The position numbers were made by a program, and so were the translations under genes. Below the pieces are notes generated by a model that worked only from the letters and a program-made list of their open reading frames with translations, was not told the origin of the DNA and ran no database searches. From Mobula hypostoma (Eukaryota), in assembly GCF_963921235.1 (NCBI RefSeq), contig NC_086097.1, forward strand, positions 1 to 64,000: a stretch of 64,000 bases of DNA, written 5' to 3'. Position 1 is the first letter of the stretch. Each line of letters starts with the position of its first letter. Shown one piece after another: positions 37,873 through 49,959 of this stretch.

Positions 37873-39697
37873 GAGCTAATTTAGTTCCCTTACTGGATTT
37901 TATGAAGCAATTTTTTTCTAGATGGAATCCACTTACACTTTCGTTAGCAGCTCAAATTCATGCAGTTAAAATGATGATTTTACCAAAATTTTTATATGTA
38001 TTTCAAAATATTCCTATTTTTCTAACTAAGAAGTTTTTTAGATCAGGTTGACTCTATTATTTCATCTTTTGTTTGGAAAAATAAAAGACCAAGAATTGGA
38101 AAATGTCATTTACAAAAATTAAAAAAGGATGGAGGTCTTACTTTGCGTAATTTAAGAATGTATTATTGGGTGGTTAATATACCTTATGCGTGTTCTTGGT
38201 TATATTGGACCGATAAAAAGGAACGACCATCTTGGGTTGATTTGGAATTGAAAATTGTGAAACAATTTAATTTAACTTGTTTTTAGGAGCTCCTTTACCT
38301 GTACAATCAGCCAAAATTACTATTCTAAATATAAATCTTATGATTAATCAATCATTACGAATCTGGTACCAGTTTCGTAAGTTTTTTAATCTTAAAAAAA
38401 TTAACTTTTTTAGTTTAATTTATCGAAACTATTTATTTGAACCTTCACTTAGTGATCCTACCTTTTCTCTTTGGGGGAATAAAGAAATTTTTTCTTTTAT
38501 GGACTTGTTTCAAGAAGGCCGATTGATGTCCTTCAAGAAATTAGAAACTAAATACTCTCTCTCATATTCACATATTTTGCAATATCTTCAGGTCAGACAT
38601 TTCTTACAAGAATATTTAAGTAATTTCCCATATATATAAGACTCTGACCTGTTAGACATTATTTTAAAAATGAACCCTTTAGTGAAAGGTTTTATTGGGA
38701 AAATTTATAATTTACTATTACAACAGGATAACTATTCTTTACTTAAGATTAAGCAAGATTGAGAAAGAGAGCTTAAAATGACCTTGATAACAGAGGATTG
38801 GTTGCGAATTTTGAAGCTGGTTAACTCTTCTTCGATTTGTGCCAGTCATTCTCTAATTCAATTTAAAATTGTACATTGTTATTATTTGACAAAGGAGAGA
38901 TTGCCTAAAATATTTCCTAACGTAAATAGTCAGTGTGATAGATGCAAAACTGAGATAGCTACATTGACACATATGTTTTGGTCGTGTTCTGTATTGAAAC
39001 AATTTTGGAAATCTATTTTTTCTACAATTTCTAAAGCTCTAAAAATCAATTTACAACCCAATAAATTGACAGTTTTGGTTGGTATAATTCCTCAACATAT
39101 TCACGGTATTTCTATATCACACCAATATGTAATTGCTTTTGTCACATCATTGGCTAGAAGGGCTATTTTACTGAAATGGAAAGATGCCTCTGCTCCCACT
39201 TTGATACAATGGTTCTCTCAGGTGATATTATGTCTTAGTTTGGAAAAAATTAGAAGTCGAACTTTTGATCCTGGATTTGATTTTGAGAAAAGGTGGGGTT
39301 CTTTTGCCCGTTATTATCATTTGATTTGAGTTAATAAAGATGGTCCTTTTCTGATGCTTGGGTATATGGATTTGGTAGGCGGATTGATGTCTTTTTTTTA
39401 ATGGAAGCCTGTATGGCGTAGCTCCGGGTTTGTGCTCCAAATGGGTTTTCCCAGTTTTTTTCTGTTATTAGGGTTTTTTTTTTCTGTTTTAGTTAGTAGG
39501 GGTTCTTTTTTTTCTTTCTTTCTTTTTTTCATAAAAAAGCTTTAACATTTTGTTTTTTATTATTATTGATATACTGTTCAGCTTGGTTGATAGTTTAACT
39601 CTTATTCTACATATGGATATGTTGTCTTGATTATTTTGATGTATTTTTCGCTGTTGTTGATTTTCAATAATAATTAATAAAAAGATTTAAAAAGAAA
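37873..39697 (+). mobile_element. L1/Tx1-type LINE 3' fragment
   Basis: RWNPLTLSL..KMMILPKFLY, GGL.L.N, CDRC..TLTHMFWSC zinc knuckle; T-rich 3' UTR, AATAAA and A-rich tail; 29-bp direct repeat at 37844-37872 and 39698-39726. Confidence 0.88.
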
Positions 39698-40125
39698 AGG
39701 AATTACTGGAACACAAGATGCAACAACAAGCCTTCAGACTTTCAAGTTAAATTTCCAGCGTTCACAGGTATATAAAACCAGGAAATTTTTCAAGATATTT
39801 GTTCTTAACAGATCATTGTTTGTTGATTTTGGTGGTTGTAACCAAAATCAATCTTTCCATTACATAACTAAGCTGGAATTTGAACATGTAATCAACACAT
39901 ATTTTGAAAAGGAATGGAAGTGGTTGTCGGCGCTCCGTTTCTGTTCTGCTAGTTTTCCTTGACTAATTTCCTTTCCAATTCTCTTAATTCTTTTGATTTA
40001 CATTGGAAATTCTGCTCCATCGTAATGAGCAGCACTGAACTTTCTTCCTCCCTGTCTCTAAACACCTCTCCACTCTCACTGGACTTTCTTCCTCCTTGTC
40101 TCTAAACACCCTTCCTCTCTCACTG

Positions 40126-42095
40126 GACACGAGGAATTCTGCAGATGCTGGAAATTCAAGCAATACACATCAAAGTTGCTGGTAAACGCAGCAGGCCAGA
40201 CAGCATCTCCAGGAAAAGGTCCACTGTACCTCTGCAACTTTGATGTGTGTTCCTCTCTCACTGGTCTTTCTTCTTCCTTGTCTCTGTTCCTCTCATGCCT
40301 GTTCTATAGACCGTGACATGATTACTGCAGCTGTGAGGTGGGAACCCTCTCGTTGCCGGGACAATTAAGTTCTGCACGTGCTGGTTGATGACGGACAGAG
40401 TGAAGGTGTTCGGCAAAGCGGTCTCCCAATCTATGTCGTCTCTCAGCGATATTCAGGAGGGCATACCAGGAGCACCGGATACAGTAGCTGACCCCAATGC
40501 ACTCACAGGTGAAGTATTGCCTCACCTGGAAGGACTCTTTGGGGCCCTAAATGGTGGTGAGGGAGGAGGTGCAGGGGGCACGTCTGGAACTTGTTCCGCT
40601 TACAAGGACAAGTACCAGGAGGGAGATCAGTGGTTGGGAGACCACTTCTCCGAGCACCTACATTCTGTCCGCCATAGAAAGCCTGATCTGGTAACTATCC
40701 ATTGTAATTCTACTTCCCATTCCCATTCCAACATGTCAGTCCATGGCTTCCTCTTGTGAGGGTATCCTGAATTACTCCTATGAACTGTTATTTTGAAAAG
40801 AGAGAGAGAGAGAGTTATTTACCACCGATGGCTTGTTTGTAAAAGAGAGAGAGAGAGAGACGAAGATTAATGGTTGGACTGTCATTTTAAGGCACTGGAA
40901 GTAACTTTGAATTTCTACTGAGTTGGGTTTGGAGCCAGCACTGAACAGCTCGAAAGTTGCCATGGTGACCGAAGGCAGGTTGTTGATACTTTTTCAAGGA
41001 CTTGTTGCCTGCTTGCATTTCTTCACAGACAAAGGAAGGAGGGATTATTTGAATGACAGTTGATGCTGAGCACGGGAAGATAAAATAGGAGGTCAGATGA
41101 TACAGACCTCAGACACATGTTTGGACACTGAATGAACATAGTTGTGCACACAGAAAAAGTGGATTTACGAGGATCGATGAGGCGGATCGATCCATTGCTC
41201 TTGCAGTGGGAAGAGGAAAAGGGTTGACTGGTGGGGAATTGTCCATGTGTCCACCCTCGCCTGGGGGATAGCTCCACCACAGAAAACCGGTCCCCTTTGT
41301 TAACATCACAGTCAGTGACTTTTAAAGGATTTCGAAGGACAACGAGAAGATCGGCGGCTTCAGCTCACCTGAAGACTCAAATCTCTCCCTCTCTCTCTCC
41401 ATCACTACTCAACTCAATACCACGAACTGAACTGAACTGAACTGAACTTTACTCATCATCGTAAGACTGTATCTTTTTACCCCTAGACTTAAAGAAGTTT
41501 GGTTTTTCATACATATATTTCCACACTTACTGATATACTTATATATATATATAATCATTGCTAACCTGTTTGATTTCTCTGCAATTACATTACTGTATTG
41601 TGTAGTTACTAATAAATATTGTTAGTTTATAGCAATACTGGACTCCAGAGTGTTTTCCATCTCTGCTGGTTCTTTATTCCTGTCACGGGGTACGTGATAC
41701 ACTACTGCCACGATAAGTCCACAGTCAGGTAGGAGACGCAACACCTAATTTTCCATCTGGGTAGCCTCCAACGTGATGGCATGAATGTCAATTTTTTGAA
41801 CTTCAGATAATTAGCACTCCACCTCCCCTTAATTATTCTCCATTCCTGTTTCCCTCTCTCACCTTATCTACTTACCTGCTCATCATCTCCATCTGGTGCG
41901 TCTCCTTATCCTTCCTTTTCCTCCATGGTTTCTGCCCTCTTCTATCAGATTGCCCCCCCCCTTCAGCCCATTATCTCGTTCACCCTAAACATCAACTGTA
42001 TCCTCTTTTCCATAGATGCTGCCTGGCCTGCTGAGCTCCTCCAGTATTTAATGTGCGTTGCCTTGGATTTACAGCATCTTCACACATTTTTGTGT
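40126..42095. mobile_element. Fragments of a second, dispersed Penelope family (GIY-YIG and terminal repeat pieces in both orientations), interrupted by a solo LTR
   Basis: FTC...YCIRCS...LGDRFAEHL on minus (40322-40525); LGDHFSEHL...NSTSHSHS on plus (~40630-40754, resuming at 41700). Confidence 0.75.
40755..41699 (+). mobile_element. Solo LTR (~945 bp)
   Basis: Starts TGTGAG and ends GTGATA; imperfect TSD CTCT/CACT; AATAAA at 41611; splits a Penelope fragment; 3' part similar to the reverse complement of 11226-11320. Confidence 0.75.
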
Positions 42096-42346
42096 CTGTC
42101 TTTAAGCAGAGTTGAATCTGAAGTTGCAAGTTAGTTGAATTTTGAAATCTTTCTTGAGAATGTCAGAGTACATATAATCGGTGTTCAGCATTTATCTATA
42201 GAAATACTCAGTGCAAAACCTATTACTACCATCTGATTTTGGTACAATAACACAAGGTGAACTCCAATCTGAAGTTGAAGGCTTTATAATATCATTTTTT
42301 TTAATTCAATCTCTTGTTTAGCTAATTTACATTTTTCTATGTTCAG

Positions 42347-44930
42347 AGAAACATAGAAACATAGAAAATAGGTGCAGGAGTAGGCCATTCGGCCCTTCGA
42401 GCCTGCATCGCCATTCAGTATGATCATGGCTGATCATCCAACTCAGAAACCTGTAACTGCTTTCTCTCCATATCCCCTGATCCCTTTAGCCACAAGGGCC
42501 ATATCTAACTCCCTCTTAAATATAGCCAATGAACTGGCCTCAACTGTTTCCTGTGGCAAAGAATTCCACAGATTCACCACTCTCTGTGTGAAGAAGTTTT
42601 TCCTCATCTCGGTCCTAAAACTCTTCCCCTTTATCCTCAAACTGTGACCCCTCATTCTGGACTTCCCCAACATCGGGAACAATCTTCCTACATCTACCCT
42701 GTCCAATCCCTTTAGAATTTTATACGTTTCGATAAGATCCCCCCTCAATCTTCGAAATTCCAGAGAGTATAAAATATGATGGCAGGACTTTCATCATATG
42801 AAAGTCCTGCCATCCCATGAATCAATCGGGTGAACCTTCTTTGTACTCCTTCTATGGCAAGGATGTCTTTCCTCAGATTAGGGGACCAAAACTGCACACA
42901 ATACTCCAGGTGTGGTCTCACCAAGGCCTTGTACAACTGCAGTAGTACCTCCCTGCTCCTGTACTCGAATCCTCTTGCTATAAATGCCAGCATACCATTC
43001 GCCTTTTTCACCGCCTGCTGTACCTGCATGCCCACTTTCAATGACTGGTGTATAATGACACCCAGGTCTCGTTGCACCTCCCCTTTTCCTAATCGGCCAC
43101 CATTCAGATAATAATCTGTTTTCCTGTTTTTGCCACCAAAGTGGATAACCTCACATTTATCCACATTAAATTGCATCTGCCATGAATTTGCCCACTCATC
43201 TAACCTATCCTAGTCACCCTGCATACACTGAGCATCCTCCTCACAGCTAACACTGCCGCCCAGCTTCGTGTCATCCGCAAACTTGGAGATGCTGCATTTA
43301 ATTCCCTCGACTAAGTCATTAATATATATTGTAAACAACTCGGGTCCCAGCACTGCGCCTTCCAGTACCCCACTAGTCACTGCCTGCCATTCTGAAAAGG
43401 TCCCGTTTATTCCCACTCCTTGCTTCCTGTCTGCCAACCAATTCTCTATCCACATCAATACCATACCCCCAATACCGTGTGCTTTAAGTTTGCACACTAA
43501 TCTCCTGTGTGGGACCTTGTCAAAAGTCTTTTGAAAATCCAAATATACCACATCCACTGGTTCTCCCCTATCCACTCTACTAGTTACACCCTCAAAAAAT
43601 TCTATGAGATTCGTCAGACATGATTTTCCTTTCACAAATCCATGCTGAATTTGTCCGATGATTTCACCGCTTTCCAATTGTGCTGTTATCACATCTTTGA
43701 TAACTGACTCTAGCAGTTTCCCCACCACCGATGTCAACTTACCGGTCTATAATTCCCTGGTTTCTCTCTGCCTCCTTTTTTAAAAAGCGGCGTTACATCA
43801 GCCACCCTCCAATCCCCAGGAACTAATCCAGAATCTAAAGAGTTTTGAAAAATTATCACTAACGCATCCACTATTTCTTGGGCTTCTTCCTTAAGCACTC
43901 TGGGATGCAGACCATCTGGCCCTGGGAATTTATCTGCCTTTAATCCCTTCAATTTACCTAACACCACTTCCCTACTAACATGTATTTCCCCCAGTTCCTC
44001 CATCTCACTAGACCCTCGGTCCCCCACTATTTCCAGGAGATTATTTATATCCTCCTTAGTGAAGACAGAACCAAAGTAGTTATTCAATTGGTCTGCCATG
44101 TCCTTGTTCCCCCATGATCAATTCAGCTGTTTTTGACCGTAAGGGACCTACATTTGGCTTAACCAATCTTTTTCTTTTCACATATCTATAAAAGCTTTTA
44201 CAGTCAGTTTTTATGTTCCCTGCCAGCTTTGTCTCATAATCTTTTTTCCCCTTCCTAATTAAGCCCTTTCTCCTCCTCTGCTGGACTCTGAATTTCTCCC
44301 AGTCCTCAGGTGTGCCGCTTTTTTTTCTGGCTGATTTGTATGTTTCTTCTTTGGAATTGATACTATCCCTAATTTCCCTTGTCAGCCACAGGTGCACTAC
44401 CTTCCCTGGTTTATTCTTTTGCCAAACTGGGATGAACAATTGTTGTAGTTCATCCATATGATCTTTAAATGCTTGCCATTGCATATCCACCGTCAATCCT
44501 TTAAGTATTATTTGCCAGTCTATCTTACCTAATTCACGTCTCATACCTTCAAAGTTACCCTTCTTTAAGTTCAGAACCTTTGTTTCTGAATTAACTATAT
44601 CACTCTCCATCTTAGTGAAGAATTCCACCATATTATGGTCACTCTTACCCAAGGGGCCTCGCATGACAAGATTGCTAACTAACCCTTCCTCATTGCTCAA
44701 TACCCAGTTTAGAATGGCCTGCTCTCTGGTTGGTTCCTTGACATGTTGGTTCAGAAAACCATCCCGCATGCATTCCAAGAAATCCTCTTCCTCAGCACCC
44801 TTACCAATTTGGTTCACCCAATCTATATGTAGATTTAAGTCATCCATTGTAACTGCTGTTCCTTTATTGCACGCATTTCTAATTTCCTGTTTAATGCCAT
44901 CCCCAACCTCACTACTACTGTTAGGTGGCC
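42347..44930 (-). mobile_element. CR1 LINE ORF2 and 3' end, same family as 29061-31762
   Basis: Near-identical protein segments (PGNYRPVS, YLDFQK, FADD); (TTTCTATG)n tail. Confidence 0.95.
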
Positions 44931-45606
44931 TAACAATATTGGCGAGACCCGACACAGAATGGGAGACAGCTTTGCTGAACACCTACGCTCTGTCCGCCAG
45001 AGAAAGCAGGATCTCCCAGTGGGAACACATTTTAATTCCACATCCCATTCCCATTCTGACATGTCTATACAAGGCCTCCTCTACTGTAAAGATGAAGCCA
45101 CACTCAGGTTGGAGGAACAACACCTTATATTCCGTCTGGGTAGTCTCCAACCTGATGGGATGAACATTGACTTCTCTAACTTCCGCTAATGCCCCACCTC
45201 CCCCTCGTACCCCATGCGTTATTTATTTTTATACACACTTTCTTTCTCTCACTCTCCTTTTTCTCCCTCTGACTATACCCCTTGCCCATCCTCTGGGTTC
45301 CCCCCCTGCCCTTGTCTTTCTCCCCGGACCTCCTGTCCCATGATCCTCTCATATCCCCTTTGCCAATCACCTGTCCAGCTCTTGGCTCCATCCCTCCCCC
45401 TCCTGTCTTCTCCTATCATTTTGGATCTCCCTCTCCCCCTCCCACTTCCAAATCTCTTACTAACTCTTCCTTCAGTTAGTCCTGAGAAAGGGTCTCGGCC
45501 TGAAACGTCGACTGTACCTCTTCCTAGAGATGCTGCCTAGCCTGCTGCGTTCACCAGCAGCTTTGATGTGTGTTGCTTGAATTTCCAGCATCTGCAGAAT
45601 TCCTGT
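44931..45606 (+). mobile_element. Penelope 3' fragment (GIY-YIG C-terminus + terminal repeat with hammerhead-like motif)
   Basis: IGETRHRMGDSFAEHL...HFNS...EEQHLIFRLGSLQPDGMN; CCTGAGAAAGGGTCTCGGCCTGAAACGTC at 45481. Confidence 0.85.
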
Positions 45607-46330
45607 TGTATACCCTCCTGGAGTCTCGTTTGTGGCCGCAGAAATGCCTGTCTATTCCCCTTACAATCGAATCCCCTATCATTATATCTCTCCCACTCCT
45701 TTCCTTCCCTCCTGTGCTGCAGAGCCACCCATGGTGCCATGAACTCGGCTGCTGCTGCCTTCCCTTGATGAGACATCTCCCCCAACAGTATCCAAAACAG
45801 TATATCTGTTTAGGAAGGAGATAACCTCAGGGGACTCCTGCACTACCTGCCTACTGCTACGCTGTCTAGTGGCCACACATACCCTTTCTGCCTTTACCTG
45901 CGGTGTGGCCAACTCACTGAAAGTGCTATTCATGACTTTCCCAGCATTGCGGATGCTCCAGTATGAATCCAATTGCAGCTCCAGCCACTCAATGCGGTCT
46001 GCCAGAAGCTGCAGCTGGACACATTTCCTGCACACATAGTCGTCAAGGACACTGGAAGTATCCCTGATCTCCCACTTGCTGCAGGATGAAGAAACCACGG
46101 GGCCGATCTCAGCTGAATGACCTACCCAATACGCTACAGCCTCCCTGCCTCCCTTGCTTCAAATAAAATACCGCTGCAGACCGTTCTCCTTTTAAAGGAA
46201 CTTACCCGGCCTTACCTCACTTGGAGTGAAGCTTGTCCACAGCCTCTGCTCGCCGAAGCCTCTTGAGACAAAGCCTTACTACTCTGTCTCCTTCTACTCC
46301 GTCGCCCGCTCCATCAAACTGCTCTCTTTT
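45607..46330 (-). mobile_element. CR1 5' region with ORF1 (PHD-like zinc finger + coiled coil), decayed
   Basis: SSCSKWE...YVCRKCVQLQLL...NRYTVL in ORF 45682-46098. Confidence 0.75.
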
Positions 46331-48945
46331 CATGTGATAGGGGTGTTGTTTAATCGGCTGGGCACTCCCAACATTCACGTCATGTGATGCGACTGTGGTT
46401 CAGTTTGGAACATCAGGAAATACATTTTTAAACTTCAAAATTAATTCCTTCATTTGCCATCGTTTCTGTTGCTGCAAATGGGCGAATTTGTTATCAATGT
46501 TTTCTAGAATAGCCGAATTTGTTCATCTGACGGAGACAATGTTTGTCTTAGAATAAACCTCAGATGAATCAATTAATTTCATTCCCAGGATTGCCAGACT
46601 CATTTGTTTTGACAATCACGCTCACATATGGTGCCTGCTCGTCAAAATATGGTTTCATCATGTTTACATGTGCCATCTGTGTTGATTTTCGTCGATCAGG
46701 TGTTTTGCCAACATAATTTACATCATTTACTTGAGAGACTATTTCATACAGTCCATTAAATTTCGCCTGAAGTGGATTTGTCAACATTGGAAATAATACC
46801 AATACCTTATCTCCTTCTTGGAAATTCCTTTTACGAGCCTGTTTATCAAACCAATGCTTCATTTTGTTTTGAGAAATCTTTAAATTTTGTCTCGCTCGAC
46901 TACAGACTTGGTGTAATCTCTCTTTAAACTTCAAAACATAGTCCAGTAAATTGATATGTACGTCCTCATTAACCCACTGTTCCTTTAACGAGGTCAAAAG
47001 TCCCCAAACTCTATGACCGAATACAAGTTCGAATGGACTAAAGCCTAGGGATTCCTGAACTGATTCTCTTACTGCAGATAAAAGCAAAGGAACTTCCTCA
47101 TCCTTCTTATATTCAACACAGCATGTCTTAATTATTGTTTTGAGAGTGGAATGGAATCTCTCTAAAGCCCCTTGTGATTCCGGATGGTACATAGATGACG
47201 TAATCTGCTTAGCTCCGAACTCATAAACTACCTGCCGGAATAATCCAGATGTAAAATTACTTCCTTGGTCAGACTGAATTTCTTTAGGCAAACCAAACAA
47301 AGCATTTGCCACAGTTTTAGCCTTTATATTTCTGAGAGGTATTGCCTCGGGAAATCTGGATGCTGTGCACATGATACTTAATAAATACTGATGGCCAGCT
47401 TTAGTCTTTGGCAAAGGACCAACACAATCCACAATAACTTTTGAAAAGGGTTCACCGAATGCAGGTATAGGCTGCATTGGGGCCACTGGAGTGACCTGAT
47501 TAGGTTTACCCACAACTTGACAAGTGTGACAAGGTCGACAAAAGGTCACAACATCTTTCCTCAAATTAGGCCAGAAAAGTTTTTTCATAACCTTCTTTAG
47601 TTTTATTCACACCTAAATGGCCACCTAAGGGCATACTGTGGGCCAAAGTTAAAATCTCGTTCCTATAGTCTTTAGGAACCACAACTTGGTGAACAATTGC
47701 CCATCCCTCACTCACAGGTATAGCAGGTGGTCTCCACTTCCTCATTAACAATCCATCTTTAATATAATATCCAACTGGCACTTTCTTTATCTCATCATTT
47801 GAGAGAGCTTGTTCTTTTAAAGTAGGGTCTCTGTTCTGTTATAAACTCCTTCCTAAACAGAAATAAATCTTTCTCGTTAGATTTATTACTTGGATCCTGG
47901 TGAACTAATGAAGGCAGAAAAGTCCCTGACAAGTCATCAAAACTTGAATCCTGATTTTGTCTATCATGGGTAGCAGAACCACCCTGCACAGAACTATCTG
48001 CATTGGCTGACTTCTTAGCCATACTTCGAGTTACTGCACAGGAGGGATAAATGGTGGAATCCATCTTTGAATCATCAGTGATTGGCTTAGTTGGCATCCT
48101 TACTTTTGTCACTAGTCTCAGATTTAATGTCTAGTTTACCCTGACTATCCCTGCTACTTTTTTGGAAGCTCTTACTCGGGGTAAACTTAACCTTGTGGGT
48201 TAAAGCATACTCATCTGCTAATTTAACAGACTCCTGCAAAGTGGCAGCATCCTTTTCATCTAAATATACCTTTATGTCATTAGGGACGCACCTGTTAAAT
48301 TCTTCAATTAAAACCAACTCTTTCAAGCTGTTTAAATCATCATTCACATTTTTAGATGTGCACCACCGGTAAAAACACACAAATTTCTCATAAGCAAATT
48401 CCATATAAGTCTGGTTCACAGATTTCCTCAAATTTCTAAACTTTTGCCTATAGGCTTCTGGAACCAATTCATAGGCTTTAAGTACAGTCCGTTTCACTGT
48501 GTCATAATTAATTGCATCTCCAATTGATACGGCAGAGTGAACTTTATGAGCCTTACCCTTAATTACACCCTGTAACAAAAGAGACCAGTTTTCTTTTGGC
48601 CACTTTTGTCTCTGAGCCACTTTCTCAAAATGATGGAAGTATTTATCAACCTCAGTCTCCTCAAATGGAGGGACCAGTTTAACTTCCTGACTGGTAACAA
48701 ACAGTACAACCAGCTCCTTAGAACCAGCAACTTCTTTCTCGAGCCTTAGCTTCTCTATCCCCATCTCAAACTGCGTTTGTTTATCTCTTTCTCTTTCAGC
48801 AGCCTCCAGTTTAAATCTCTCTAACTTCATTTGTTCTAGTTGTAACTGGGTCTCAAGTTTACTCTCAGGAAACCTCTCTAACACCTCCCCCTCAATTTCT
48901 TCCTTATCTATGTAGTGCTCAACCATTATCCTTAGGATTGTCTGA
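46331..48945 (-). mobile_element. Gmr1-like LTR retrotransposon internal fragment (SCAN-like gag, integrase, start of RT)
   Basis: YELVPEAYRQKFR gag; H..GGHLG..C..CHTCQ, VDCVGPL, SDQGSNF, HPESQGALER; then FPDVP..PIKQHPY (RT N-terminus) at 46331-46430, downstream of integrase. Confidence 0.8.
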
Positions 48946-49959
48946 GGGACTCCAGCTAAAGATTGTTTCCTTGGGGTTTACTCCTGTAGCCTCCCCTATG
49001 AGTGAGTATAACCACAAGGCAGTGCAGGTTTGAGATCAGGGTTTCCCTTCTCTTAGATGAGCTACCAACCACACCTGAGGAGCCCTAACTCCCTGGTTTT
49101 ATGGCGTCAGTAATCCAACTTTGCCTGTTCTCCCGTCAGTAGAAACAGTTCTGTTGGGCTTAGTAGCTAAGCCACACAGGAACGCAAAGAGCTGGACTTG
49201 GTTGTCAGAGCTAATTGAAAAGATTTGCTAGGTAGTGAGAGCACATCACTACTACCCCAGTACTATGACAACATTAAGGAAGTATGTGCTGTATAACTTG
49301 ATGACCATATGATAAATTTCCAAGGCATAGAATGCTACTGACCCTATGAAGATACATGAGATTAGTTTTGTTGGAAACCAGTTTTTTAAAATACTTTTTA
49401 TAAAATTTTTACTTTTTAACAAACTCATGTATTTTTCACAGTATGTGGTGGCTCATCCCCACTTACTGGCAGAAAGCAGCATAACAGCGAAACTGACCAT
49501 TTACTACCTTTCTCATTTGTCACTGGCTAAGCATTAGTACATTACTCATGTGACATCATTGTTTTAATTATGTGGCCTATTAGCTAATTTATTCCGACCT
49601 GACAAATGTCTTATCTATTTTTCAGAGCAGCATCTTGACTTTATTCCTGTCTTCGCATCGATACACCTATTAGTAGTGTTTCTTAGCCTTTTCTTTAGTT
49701 TGCCTTGTACTTGTATGTTTGTTTGTACTCCAAAGTAAACTGAAATCTTGGAATTAAGACTGCTTGTCATTTCTGATTCCTGGAAGAAACATAAGGATCA
49801 GAAAATAAATCCAGCGGTTTAGATAGGTATAATGGGGAGTCAGGGCAATGTGGCCAGGAGGGCCAATCCCAAGCTATGTGACTCTGTGCTTCTCAACCAC
49901 GAAACTATTTGTTTCACAGGAATCCTGAAATTTAATGCAGACAAGTGTGAGATGATGCA

